Below are positions 29,602-39,349 of a stretch of DNA of 64,000 bases, piece by piece. The notes below the pieces were generated by a model, which searched no databases, was not told the DNA's origin, and worked only from the letters and a program-made list of their open reading frames with translations. The stretch comes from an uncultured Gemmatimonadales bacterium (GTDB taxonomy: Bacteria > Gemmatimonadota > Gemmatimonadetes > Longimicrobiales > RSA9). Within the stretch, counting starts at the first letter, position 1. The number at the start of each line of letters is the position of its first letter. The DNA is taken from NCBI GenBank assembly GCA_963816355.1, contig CAWFKH010000002.1, forward strand, positions 32,001 through 96,000, in the 5' to 3' direction. The position numbers and the translations under genes are program-made.

Positions 29602-32600
29602 ATGAAACGCCTCATCGCCCTCTGTCTGTTCCTCGTACCCTTGCTGGTTTCGCCGCGGGCGGCGCACGCGCAGGGCGTGACGACGGGCGCGATCATCGGC
29701 ACGGTGGTCGGCCCCGACGGCCAGCCGGTCTCGGGAGCGAGCATCATCGCGGTGCACGTCCCCTCCGGCACGCGCTACGGCACAGTGAGCCGCGACGATG
29801 GCCGCTTCGCGATCCCCGGCATGCGCGTCGGCGGCCCGTACACGGTGACCGTCTCGCACATCGGGTTCGAGGCGACGCCGACGGAGAACGTCTACGTCAA
29901 CCTCGGCGCTTCGACGGACCTGCGTCTCACGGTGCACGAGCGGGCGGTGGAGCTCCAGGGGATCACCGTGACGGCGGCCGGCTCGGGGATCCTGAGCTCG
30001 GAGCGGACGGGCGCGACGACGACGGTCTCACGCGACGCGATCCAGGTGCTGCCGACGGTGTCGCAGCGGATCGAGGATTTCGCCCGCCTTACGCCGCAGT
30101 ACAGCAGCGTCTCGTTCGGCTTCTCCTTCGCCGGACAGGACAACCGCATGAACAACATGACGGTGGACGGATCCTACTTCAACAACTCGTTCGGTCTCGC
30201 GGGCCAGCCGGGCGACCGCACGGGCGTGGCGCCGATCTCGCTGGAAGCGATCGAACAGCTGCAGGTCGCCGTGGCGCCCTTCGACGTGCGCCAGGGCAAC
30301 TTCGTCGGCGCCGGCGTCAACACCGTCACGCGCAGCGGCACCAACGAGCTGCGCGGCTCCATCTATCGCCAGTTCCGCAACGACGGCTACGTGGGCAAGA
30401 CCGCGGGCGACAACACGGTCGATCCCGGAACGTTCACCTTCCACAACACCGGCGGCTGGATCTCGGGGCCGATCATCCGTGACAAGCTCTTCTTCTTCGC
30501 GGACTACGAGGACGAGGCGCGCACGGAGCCCGGCACCACCTTCCTCGCGAACGCCGGCGGACAGGAGGTCGGGGGCAACGTCACGCGCGTGCTCGCCTCC
30601 GACCTGGATGCACTGAGCAGCTTCCTGAGCTCGAACTTCAACTACACGACCGGTCCCTATCAGGGTTACGACTCCGAGACGCCCGCGAAGCGGTTCATCG
30701 GCAAGCTGGACTACAACGTGAACGACCGGAACAAGCTGAGCATCCGCTACAACCTGCTCAACTCGAAGACGGACGTGCTCGAGTCGAACTCCTCCTCGCT
30801 CGGTTTCGGCAGCCGCCGCACGAGCACGCGGAGCCTCAACTTCCAGAACTCGAACTACATCATCCTCGAGAACATCCGCTCCGTCGTCGGCGAGTGGAAC
30901 TCGACGATGGGCCCGAACAAGTCGAACAACCTGATCCTCGGCTACACGTACCAGGACGAGAGCCGCGAATCACGCGGAACCTTCTTCCCGCTCGTCGACA
31001 TCCTGCAGGACGGATCCACCTACACCTCGTTCGGCTTCGAGCCGTTCACGCCGGCGAACCAGCTGCGCTACGGCACCTATCAGCTTCAGGACAATTTCTC
31101 GATCTACGGTGACAAGCACACGCTGACCTTCGGCGCATCGGCCGAGCGCTACCACTCCGACAACGTCTTCTTCCCGGGGTCGCAGAGCGCCTACGTCTAC
31201 AACTCGCTCGACGACTTCTACACGGACGCCAACGACTATCTGGCGAACCCGAACCGGACGACGTCGCCGGTCACGCTGCGCCGCTTCCAGGTGCGCTGGT
31301 CGAACATCCCCGGCCAGACCGAACCGCTGCAGCCGCTCACCGTCTTCTACGGCGGCCTCTACGCGCAGGACGAGTGGCACGCCACGCGGAACATCAAGCT
31401 CACCTTCGGCCTGCGCGCCGACGTGCCCTTCTTCGGCGACACCGGGTTCGACAATCCCCAAGCGGACGCGCTCACCTTCCGTGACGAGAACAACAACCCG
31501 GTCCAGTACGACACCAAGAAGCTGCCTGACGCGAACATCCTGTGGTCGCCGCGCATCGGCTTCAACTGGGACGTGAAGGGCGATCGCAGCACGCAGGTCC
31601 GCGGCGGCACCGGCATCTTCACCGGGTCGCCGGCGTTCGTCTGGATCTCCAATCAGATCGGCAACACCGGCGTGCTGACCGGATTCGAGCGTCTCGACAA
31701 CACGACGGCACGGCCGTTCAACCCGGACCCGGATCACTACAAGCCGACGAACGTCACCGGTCAGCCGGCGTCGAGCTACGAGCTGGCGCTCACCGATCCT
31801 AACTTCAAGTTCCCGCAGCTCTGGCGCACCGACCTGGCCGTCGACCAGAAGCTGCCCGGCGGCCTGATCGGAACGGCGGAGTTTCTCTACAACCACGACG
31901 TCAACGGCATCTACTACATCAACGCCAACCTGTCCCAGCCGGACGCGACGTTCAGCGGCGCGGACAACCGGCCGCGCTGGACGAACGGGAACCGCATCAA
32001 CGACAACGTCGACAACGCGGTCGTGCTGAAGAATCAGGACGTGGGCCATTCGTGGAACATCTCCGCCTCCCTCGAGAAGCCGTTCTCGAACGGGTTCTTC
32101 GTGAAGGGCGGCTTCAGCTACGGCGTCGCCAAGAACACCGTCGATCCGGGCTCGATCGCCTTCGGCTCGTGGAACAACAACCCGCACCCGGGCAACCCGA
32201 ACGATCCCGGCGTCGGCTTCTCGCAGTTCTCACCGGGCACCCGCATCTTCGGTGCGGTCTCCTACCGCGCCAACTGGCTCGACTTCGGCGCCACCACGAT
32301 CTCCGTCTACGGCGAGGACCGGACGCTCGGCAACGCGAGCTACGTCTACAACGGCGACCTCAACGGCGACGGCGGCTTCAGCAATGACCTGATCTACATC
32401 CCGAAGGACATGTCGGAGATGAACTTCCAGACCTACACGACCGGCGGCCAGACCTTCACCGCCGCGCAGCAGGCGCAGGCGTGGGAGAACTACATCGAGC
32501 AGGACGACTACCTCAGCTCCCACCGCGGCCAGTACGCGGAGCGCAACGCGGTCTTCCTGCCCATGGCGTTCTTCGCCGACATGAGCATCGCGCAGGACCT

Positions 32601-32868
32601 CTTCACCGACATCTCCGGGAAGCGGAACAGCCTGCAGCTGCGCGCCGACATCCTGAACGTGACCAACCTGCTCAACCACGACTGGGGCATCGGCAAGCGC
32701 TTCGTGAACACCCGACCGCTCATCGCGCGCGGCGCCGACGCCGAAGGCCGCGCCACGTACCGGCTGACCACCGACGGTGACCAGTTGATCAGCCGCACAT
32801 TCGAGCCCACGGCGAGCCTCGGAGACGTCTACCGGATCCAGCTCAGCCTGCGCTACACCTTCAACTGA
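29602..32868 (+). CDS. Oar-like TonB-dependent receptor with N-terminal carboxypeptidase-regulatory-like domain
   Basis: GGAGG RBS, signal peptide AHA-Q, GMRVGGPYTVT, plug NTVTRSGTNE, YAQDEW, SPRIGFNWD, C-terminal LRYTFN. Confidence 0.95.
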   Translation: MKRLIALCLFLVPLLVSPRAAHAQGVTTGAIIGTVVGPDGQPVSGASIIAVHVPSGTRYGTVSRDDGRFAIPGMRVGGPYTVTVSHIGFEATPTENVYVNLGASTDLRLTVHERAVELQGITVTAAGSGILSSERTGATTTVSRDAIQVLPTVSQRIEDFARLTPQYSSVSFGFSFAGQDNRMNNMTVDGSYFNNSFGLAGQPGDRTGVAPISLEAIEQLQVAVAPFDVRQGNFVGAGVNTVTRSGTNELRGSIYRQFRNDGYVGKTAGDNTVDPGTFTFHNTGGWISGPIIRDKLFFFADYEDEARTEPGTTFLANAGGQEVGGNVTRVLASDLDALSSFLSSNFNYTTGPYQGYDSETPAKRFIGKLDYNVNDRNKLSIRYNLLNSKTDVLESNSSSLGFGSRRTSTRSLNFQNSNYIILENIRSVVGEWNSTMGPNKSNNLILGYTYQDESRESRGTFFPLVDILQDGSTYTSFGFEPFTPANQLRYGTYQLQDNFSIYGDKHTLTFGASAERYHSDNVFFPGSQSAYVYNSLDDFYTDANDYLANPNRTTSPVTLRRFQVRWSNIPGQTEPLQPLTVFYGGLYAQDEWHATRNIKLTFGLRADVPFFGDTGFDNPQADALTFRDENNNPVQYDTKKLPDANILWSPRIGFNWDVKGDRSTQVRGGTGIFTGSPAFVWISNQIGNTGVLTGFERLDNTTARPFNPDPDHYKPTNVTGQPASSYELALTDPNFKFPQLWRTDLAVDQKLPGGLIGTAEFLYNHDVNGIYYINANLSQPDATFSGADNRPRWTNGNRINDNVDNAVVLKNQDVGHSWNISASLEKPFSNGFFVKGGFSYGVAKNTVDPGSIAFGSWNNNPHPGNPNDPGVGFSQFSPGTRIFGAVSYRANWLDFGATTISVYGEDRTLGNASYVYNGDLNGDGGFSNDLIYIPKDMSEMNFQTYTTGGQTFTAAQQAQAWENYIEQDDYLSSHRGQYAERNAVFLPMAFFADMSIAQDLFTDISGKRNSLQLRADILNVTNLLNHDWGIGKRFVNTRPLIARGADAEGRATYRLTTDGDQLISRTFEPTASLGDVYRIQLSLRYTFN

Positions 32869-32888
32869 GCCCCACCGGCTCCCGGAAG

Positions 32889-32923
32889 GAAGCCCTCCGC
32901 CGCCTCGCGCAGCGGAGGGCTTC
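32889..32923 (+). terminator. Stem-loop terminator after the TonB receptor
   Basis: GAAGCCCTCCGC / GCGGAGGGCTTC 12-bp stem followed by a pyrimidine-rich tail. Confidence 0.7.
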
Positions 32924-33088
32924 TCACTTCCGGCACGGGTGCCTTGCCAGCCCGGCCCCGCCATCGCGCGTCCCGTCCCGCGCAGACGAGACCCTTCCGC
33001 GCCGCCATGTTGCAGATTATCCTGTCGGGGTTCTCCTGTCACACTCCTCCCCTTACGAAAGCCCGGCTCGATGCCGATCGGTCGTCCA

Positions 33089-34588
33089 ATGGCCTCACGT
33101 CAGCTGCACCGATGTAGGGGGCGAGCCTCGTCGTGTATCCGCGACACGATCTCCGTCCGCTTCCGCTCGATCCTCGCCCGCACCGACCTCGCCCCACTCA
33201 AGTTCCTCGTAGCGTTCGCGCTCGTCACGCTCGGTGCCGCCCCGCTCGCGGCGCAGTGGTCCGACACGCTGAGATCTCCGCCGATGCTGCGGAACGTCTC
33301 CACGAAGCCGGGGGTCATGGAGGTGAGCCTGACCGCGGTGCCCACACGGCTCGTGCTGCTGCCGGGCGCGGCGCCCACGGAGGCGTTCGCCTACAACGGC
33401 ACGGTGCCCGGCCCGACGCTCGACGTGTACGAGGGCGACCACGTCGTCGTCCATTTCCACAACGAGCTAGCGGAGCCGACGACGATCCACTGGCACGGGC
33501 TGCACCTTCCCGCCGGCGCGGACGGCAGCCCCTTCAACCCGGTTCCGCCGGGCGGCAGCTTCGATTACGTCTTCGACATCCCGCCGGGGACGGCGGGCAC
33601 CTACTGGTACCACCCGCACCCGGACGGCACGACCACCGAGCAGGTGGCGCACGGCCTCTTCGGCGCGATGATCGTCCGCAGCCGCCACGACCCCCTGGCG
33701 GGCGTTCCGGAGAAGCTGCTGATCCTCTCGGACAACCGGTTCCGCCGCGACGGTTCGATCGACCTGCCGGATCCCGACTCGCCGCAGGGCCTGATCGACC
33801 TCGAGAACGGCCGCGAGGGGAACGTCCTCTTCGTGAACGGGCAGGTGATGCCCACGATCCGGATCCGCAGCGGCGAGGTGCAGCGCTGGCGTATCATCGA
33901 CGCCGCCGCCGCCCGCGTCTACCGCCTCGCGATTCCCGGCCAAAAGCTGCTGCACGTGGGCAGCGACGGCGGCCTCTTCGAACACCCGCGGGAGGTGAGC
34001 GACATCGTCCTCGCCAACTCGGGGCGGATCGAGCTGCTCGTGCGCGGCGCCGGGGCGCCCGGCAGTCGGACGACGCTGCAGACGCTGCCGTACGACCGCT
34101 ACGATCCGCACACGCGGCCCGCGGACTGGAACCGCCCGCGCGATCTGCTGGCGCTGCGCTACGAGGAAGCGCCGGCCCTCGCCGCCGCGCCTGTTCCGAG
34201 CGTACTTCGGCCGGTCCCGCCGCTCGACTCGACGCACGTCGCCGAGCGCCGCGTCGTCGTCTTCAGCCAGGGGCTGATCGACCACAGGAAGATGGACATG
34301 AACCGCATCGACCTCGTTGCCCGTCTCGGCACGACCGAGATCTGGGAGATCGACAACGTGGTCGGCATGGACCACCCGTTCCACCTGCACGGCTTCCGCT
34401 TCCAGGTGCTCGACCGCGACGGCGTACCCGAGCCGTACCGCAGCTGGAACGACACGGTCAACATCCCGAAGCACGGGTCCGTGCGGATCATCGTCCGTTT
34501 CGACGATTTCGCCGGGAAGTGGATGTACCACTGCCATATCCTGGACCATGAGGACGCCGGAATGATGGGGATCCTCCAGGTCCGATGA
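33089..34588 (+). CDS. Multicopper oxidase (three-domain laccase-like), exported
   Basis: HWHG, WYHPH, HPFHLHG, HCHILDHEDAGMM copper motifs; hydrophobic signal ending LAA-Q. Start codon uncertain. Confidence 0.93.
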   Translation: MASRQLHRCRGRASSCIRDTISVRFRSILARTDLAPLKFLVAFALVTLGAAPLAAQWSDTLRSPPMLRNVSTKPGVMEVSLTAVPTRLVLLPGAAPTEAFAYNGTVPGPTLDVYEGDHVVVHFHNELAEPTTIHWHGLHLPAGADGSPFNPVPPGGSFDYVFDIPPGTAGTYWYHPHPDGTTTEQVAHGLFGAMIVRSRHDPLAGVPEKLLILSDNRFRRDGSIDLPDPDSPQGLIDLENGREGNVLFVNGQVMPTIRIRSGEVQRWRIIDAAAARVYRLAIPGQKLLHVGSDGGLFEHPREVSDIVLANSGRIELLVRGAGAPGSRTTLQTLPYDRYDPHTRPADWNRPRDLLALRYEEAPALAAAPVPSVLRPVPPLDSTHVAERRVVVFSQGLIDHRKMDMNRIDLVARLGTTEIWEIDNVVGMDHPFHLHGFRFQVLDRDGVPEPYRSWNDTVNIPKHGSVRIIVRFDDFAGKWMYHCHILDHEDAGMMGILQVR

Positions 34589-34682
34589 CGCTTGTCGGCG
34601 CGCTCCGGCGATCGTGTCCCGGCGCGCGATGGTTCCCGCGAGCCAAGGCGTTCGTTGTCCCCTCGATGGAAAGGAGACGCAC

Positions 34683-35927
34683 ATGATACGCTGGTCGAGC
34701 CGAGTCGTCGCCGTTGCGTTACCCGCAGTCCTCGTCGCGTTCGCGCTGCCCCGGTCCAAGGCGGAGCGGCCCGCGACGCCGCAGCAGCGGACCGAGGCCC
34801 AGGATCAGGACCAGATCCGACGCGGCCGCATCCTCGTCATCAACCACGCCTGCGGCGAGTGCCACGGCGGCGGAGACAACCCCGCCGCCGAGGGATGGCT
34901 CGCCGGCTCCACCGGCCCCGCGATGGATTTCGCGATCGGGCCGCCGCCGTGCGGCCTCGAGCCGGGCGCGACCGGCTGCTTCACGACGCGGCCGCGCAAC
35001 CTCACGCCGGACAACCTGACCGGGCTCGGCCGCTTCACCGAACGCCAGATCTTCAACGCGCTCCGCTACGGCCTGCGCCCCGAGGACACACCGGACGTGG
35101 AGATCACCTCGACGACGCCCGGAATGGGCAACTTCCCGGAGCACCCGCACTACCTGGCACCGCCGATGCCGTGGCCCGGCTGGCGGCACATGGATGACGA
35201 GGAGCTGCACGCCATCGCCGCCTACCTCAAGCAGGGCCTGAAGCCGGTGCGCAACAAGGTGGCCGACAGTGAGGGGCCGCCCGACTTCTGGGCCGACGCC
35301 TACACGCCCGACGAGATCGGGAGCTATCCCGCGCCCGCGTTCCCCACGGTGAACGAGCACGAGCCCGAACACGGCCGCGACCAGGTGCTGCGCGGCCGCC
35401 GCCTCGTCCTCGATCACGACTGCGCCGGCTGTCACCGCGGCCCTGACCCGGCGTCGAAGGGGTGGCTCGCCGGCATCACCGACCCGACGCAGGACTTCGT
35501 CATCGGGCCCTGCTTCGTCGATCCGAAGCAGCCGTGCTTCGAAGGCAGGCCGCGCAACCTGACACCTGACAGCGCGACCGGCACGGGCCGCTTCACCGAG
35601 CGCCAGATCTTCAACGCGCTCCGCTACGGCCTGCGGCCGGAGGACACGCCGGACGTCGAGATCACCTCCACGACCCCGGGAGAGGGCAACTACCCCGCCG
35701 AGCCGCACTACCTCGGACCGTTCATGCCGTGGGCGTCCTGGCGCTTCATGTCCGACGATGAGCTGCACGCGATCGCCGCCTACCTGAAGCGCGGCCTCAA
35801 GCCGGTCAGCAACAAGGTCGCCGACAGCTTCACCCCGCCCGACTTCTGGGCGGCCTACGTCAAGGAGAACGTCCCGCCCTATCCGCCGGCGCCGTTCCCG
35901 ACGGCGAACGAAGTCGGCGGCAAGTAA
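34683..35927 (+). CDS. Diheme c-type cytochrome with tandemly duplicated domain
   Basis: AAGGAG RBS, signal peptide, CGECH and CAGCH, each followed by RNLTPD..TG.GRF and MPW (candidate axial Met). Confidence 0.9.
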   Translation: MIRWSSRVVAVALPAVLVAFALPRSKAERPATPQQRTEAQDQDQIRRGRILVINHACGECHGGGDNPAAEGWLAGSTGPAMDFAIGPPPCGLEPGATGCFTTRPRNLTPDNLTGLGRFTERQIFNALRYGLRPEDTPDVEITSTTPGMGNFPEHPHYLAPPMPWPGWRHMDDEELHAIAAYLKQGLKPVRNKVADSEGPPDFWADAYTPDEIGSYPAPAFPTVNEHEPEHGRDQVLRGRRLVLDHDCAGCHRGPDPASKGWLAGITDPTQDFVIGPCFVDPKQPCFEGRPRNLTPDSATGTGRFTERQIFNALRYGLRPEDTPDVEITSTTPGEGNYPAEPHYLGPFMPWASWRFMSDDELHAIAAYLKRGLKPVSNKVADSFTPPDFWAAYVKENVPPYPPAPFPTANEVGGK

Positions 35928-35962
35928 CGGCGCGCCGTCGCACTTCAGCGCTGCACCGCTTC

Positions 35963-35991
35963 GCGGGGCCCGGGACGCTCCCGGGCTCCGC
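35963..35991. terminator. GC-rich hairpin between convergent genes
   Basis: GCGGGGCCCGGGA-cgc-TCCCGGGCTCCGC. Confidence 0.55.
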
Positions 35992-36035
35992 TCCACCTGC
36001 CGGTTCCACGCCCATCACCGAGGGCCGAGCTGACG

Positions 36036-37055
36036 CTAGACTGAGTCCTCGTCCAGCATGGCGAGGGCCTCGCCGATCACCGCCTCGGGCTCGAGCCGGT
36101 CGAGGCCGCCACGCGCATCGTGGCGCGCGCCCCGGGATGGAGCAGGCGCCTCCACGAAGCGGTGCCCGGACGGCGCCGACGGGTCCGTCCAGTCCGCGCC
36201 GTAGCCGGCGCGCGCCACGCTCAGCGTGCGCACGCCCGCGGCGACCGCGACGTGGCGAGGACCGCCGTCGTGCCCCACCCACAGCTCCGCGCGGGCGTAG
36301 AGCGCGCCGAGGCGCTGCGGCGACGTGGCGCCGAGGATCGCCGCGGGCGGCCGCCGCATCGCCGCCGCGACCGCCGCCGCCTGCTCCGCCTCGCCCGGTC
36401 CGTGCGTGAGCACGACGGTCCGCCCCGCCTCGGCCACGGCGTCCGCGACGCGCGCCCACCGCGCCGCGCCCCACTGCTTCGCCGCGTCGCGCGCGACCGC
36501 CGAGATCGCGACGAGGGGCGCACCGGCGTCGAGGCCGTGGCGCTGCCATTCGGCGGCGGCCCACGCGCGGTCGCCGTCCTCGATCCGGAGGTCGAGCGAG
36601 GTGTCCGGATCGCTGCCCGGCTCGACCCCGAGCGGCGCGAGCATGTCGATGTAGCGGAGCGCGGCGTAGCGGCGCACGTCGCCGCGCCGTGGCGTCAGAT
36701 CGGTGTAGGCGCGCGTGCGGGGACCGCGTCCTTCCGTGCCGATGCGGCGGTCCGCGCGGCTGGCGCGCACGACCCATGCGCTGCCCGGTGTCGAATGGAA
36801 GTCGATCACGGTATCGTAGGCGCGCGCCCGCACGGAGCGCAGCAGTCGCAGCACGCGTAACGCGCCATCCCGGTAGGTCAGCCGCTCGTCCACGTTGGCG
36901 TTTCCGGCGAGCACCGCGAGCCCGATGGCGCGGCTCAGGTAGTCGATGCGGGCGGCGGGGAAGGCGGCTCGGAGCAGGCGGAGCGCGGGCGTCGTCAGGA
37001 GGACGTCGCCCATGTGGTGCAACCGGATCAGGAGGATGCTGTGAGGCGCGGCCAT
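36036..37055 (-). CDS. Glycosyltransferase family 9 (LPS heptosyltransferase-like)
   Basis: ILLIRLHHMGDVLLTTPAL...FPAARID, YDTVIDF, KQW, VGHDGGPRHVAVA. Confidence 0.92.
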   Translation of the reverse strand: MAAPHSILLIRLHHMGDVLLTTPALRLLRAAFPAARIDYLSRAIGLAVLAGNANVDERLTYRDGALRVLRLLRSVRARAYDTVIDFHSTPGSAWVVRASRADRRIGTEGRGPRTRAYTDLTPRRGDVRRYAALRYIDMLAPLGVEPGSDPDTSLDLRIEDGDRAWAAAEWQRHGLDAGAPLVAISAVARDAAKQWGAARWARVADAVAEAGRTVVLTHGPGEAEQAAAVAAAMRRPPAAILGATSPQRLGALYARAELWVGHDGGPRHVAVAAGVRTLSVARAGYGADWTDPSAPSGHRFVEAPAPSRGARHDARGGLDRLEPEAVIGEALAMLDEDSV

Positions 37056-37097
37056 GGGCGGGCGAAGCTAGGTGCGGCGCGGAACACCGTCAACGGC

Positions 37098-39140
37098 ATG
37101 GCACCGGCGCTCGGCACGCTGCTCGCCGCGCTCCCGCTCGCGTTCGCCGGCGGCCTCTGCGCGCAGGAGCCGGAGCCGTTCCGGCTCGGAGAGATCGTCG
37201 TCTCGGTCGACCGTCCGGTGAGCGAGGACGTTGCGACGACGCGCGTCCTGTCCGCGCAGGAGATCCGGGACTCCGGCGCGCGCACGCTCGACGAGGCGCT
37301 CGCGCTGCTCCCCGGAATGAACGTGCGTACCGGCGGCCAGGGCATCCCGCGGCTCGACTACCGCGGCTTCCGGCCGCGCCACGTGCTCGTGCTGCTCGAC
37401 GGCATCCCGTTCAACGCCACGGCGGACGGGCAGGCGGACCCGTCGCTGATCCCGCTCGAGAACATCGCGGAGATCAAGGTCACGTCCGGCACGGGGTCGG
37501 TGCTCTACGGCGAGGGGGGCCTCGGCGGCGTCATCGACATCGTCACCCGCCGCGTCGCGGGGCGGCCGTCCGGCGAGGCTCGCGTGGAAGCGGGCAGCGG
37601 CGCGAGCCGTCTCGTATCCGCATCGGCCGCCGCAGGAGGCGCGCGCGTGTCGGGGCTCCTCGGCGCGAGCTTTCATCGCGCGGGAGCGTATCCGTCGGTG
37701 GCGACGTCGCCGACCGTCGAGCCCGGCGGCGCGCGGGTCCCGCGCAGCGACAGCGACCGGCGCCGCGCCAACCTGCTCGCGCAGATCGAGGCGGCGCCGT
37801 CGCGTCGCGTCGACCTGGGTCTCGTGGCGACGCACGTGGAGGGCGCGTACGGCATCCCGCCGAGCGTCGTGGACGATCCGGCGGACCCGTTCGCGCGCCG
37901 CCCCACGTACGACCGCGTGGACGGCATACGCGGCGACGCGGCGCAGCTCGCCGGCTCCTGGGATCCGGCCGGTCCGCTGCGCGTGCGGTCGTGGGCGTAC
38001 CTCAACCGCTACAGCGAGCATCCCGCCCGCTTCGACGACTCGACCTACAGCTCGATGGAGGACCCGCACGTCCGCGGCACGTTCAGCGAGCGCAGCCGCA
38101 CGACGACGGGCGGCGGCGAGGTCCAGGTCGAGCTCGCGCCGGGGCGCGCCGGGCGACTCACCCTGGGCCTCGGCGCGGCGCGCGACGCCTGGTCCCTCGA
38201 CGGCCGCATCCGCGACGTCCCCACCGGCGGCGGCTCGAGCGGCGGACGCAACACCCTCTTCGACGTCCGCGACGTCGCGGAGGCCCACGACGTCGGCCGG
38301 CGCGGCGTGGCGCTCGAGTACGAATGGCGCGGCGGCGACGCCTCCGGCGCGACGGTCGGCTGGGCGCGTCACTGGATGAGCCGCGACTCCGCCGCGACCG
38401 GCCACGCCGACGCGGTGGTCGCCGGCGCCTACCATGATTTCGGCGCCGTCCGGCTGCGCGCCTCCGCGGGCCGCCGCTTCCACTTCCCGACGCTGCAGCA
38501 GCTCTACGACCTCGACGGCGGCGACCCTTCGCTCCGCACCGAGACCGCCGCCATCTACGAGGTGGGCGTCCAGCGTGCGCTGCCGGCGCGAGCGAGCGTC
38601 GGACTCACGCTCTTCCGGCAGGACGTGCACGACTTCATCCAGCGCGCCGAGCGCGGCGGACCGTTCGAGAGCTTCGCGCGCTACCGATTCGATGGCGCGG
38701 AGCTGACGGGGGAGGTGCGGCCGTTCCCGCGCCTCCGCCTGGGGGGCGCCTTCACCTTCCTGCACACCGCCGACCGCTCACCCGGTGCCGACGGCGAAGC
38801 GCTCCAGTACCGGCCGCGTCGTCGCCTCGCCCTCCAGGCGCTGTTCCGCGCGCCCGCCGGGCTCGCTGCCCATGCATCGCTCCGGCGCGTCTCCGACCAG
38901 CGCTTCGACTCGCGCACCACGCCCGTCCAACGGCGGGCGCTGCCGGCGTACACGATCGTGGATCTGCGCCTGTCCTGGCGTCCCGCGGCCTCTCGCGGCG
39001 GCACCGGCGCGGATGCCGCCCTTCGCGGTCCCGAGCTCTACCTGGCGGCCGACAACCTCTTCGACACCGCCTATGAGGAGGAGTACGGCAATCCGCAGCC
39101 GACCCGGCTGCTGCACGCCGGCGTCGCGTGGCGCTGGTGA
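37098..39140 (+). CDS. TonB-dependent receptor (BtuB/siderophore-size)
   Basis: Signal peptide, TonB box EIVVS, plug GARTLDEAL..LPG, LLDGIP, IAEIKV..G.GSVLYG.GGLGGVIDIVT, DNLFD..YEE, C-terminal W. Confidence 0.92.
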   Translation: MAPALGTLLAALPLAFAGGLCAQEPEPFRLGEIVVSVDRPVSEDVATTRVLSAQEIRDSGARTLDEALALLPGMNVRTGGQGIPRLDYRGFRPRHVLVLLDGIPFNATADGQADPSLIPLENIAEIKVTSGTGSVLYGEGGLGGVIDIVTRRVAGRPSGEARVEAGSGASRLVSASAAAGGARVSGLLGASFHRAGAYPSVATSPTVEPGGARVPRSDSDRRRANLLAQIEAAPSRRVDLGLVATHVEGAYGIPPSVVDDPADPFARRPTYDRVDGIRGDAAQLAGSWDPAGPLRVRSWAYLNRYSEHPARFDDSTYSSMEDPHVRGTFSERSRTTTGGGEVQVELAPGRAGRLTLGLGAARDAWSLDGRIRDVPTGGGSSGGRNTLFDVRDVAEAHDVGRRGVALEYEWRGGDASGATVGWARHWMSRDSAATGHADAVVAGAYHDFGAVRLRASAGRRFHFPTLQQLYDLDGGDPSLRTETAAIYEVGVQRALPARASVGLTLFRQDVHDFIQRAERGGPFESFARYRFDGAELTGEVRPFPRLRLGGAFTFLHTADRSPGADGEALQYRPRRRLALQALFRAPAGLAAHASLRRVSDQRFDSRTTPVQRRALPAYTIVDLRLSWRPAASRGGTGADAALRGPELYLAADNLFDTAYEEEYGNPQPTRLLHAGVAWRW

Positions 39141-39297
39141 GCGGGCGGGTGCCGTCGGTGAGCGGGCGGGGTGCCGTCGGTGAGCAGGCCGGGTGCCGTC
39201 GGTGAGCAGGCCGGGCGGCGTTCGTGGGCGGGCGGGACGGCGTTCGTGGGCGGCGGGACGGCGCTGGTGAGCGGGCGGGACAGTGTTGGTGGGCGGG
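39136..39297. repeat. Tandem 21-22-bp repeat, about 8 degenerate copies
   Basis: GGTGAGCGGGCGGGTGCCGTC and variants, starting at the TonB receptor stop codon; no unique spacers. Confidence 0.85.
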
Positions 39298-39349
39298 CCA
39301 ACGGATCGCGCGCCCGCGCCTCGCGGCGCGGGCGCGCTCCGTCCTGCGC

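Noticed and set aside
33133..33260. GTG at 33133 plus frameshift as the true multicopper oxidase start
   Set aside because: In-frame ATGs exist at 33071 and 33089, so no frameshift is required; the start remains uncertain.
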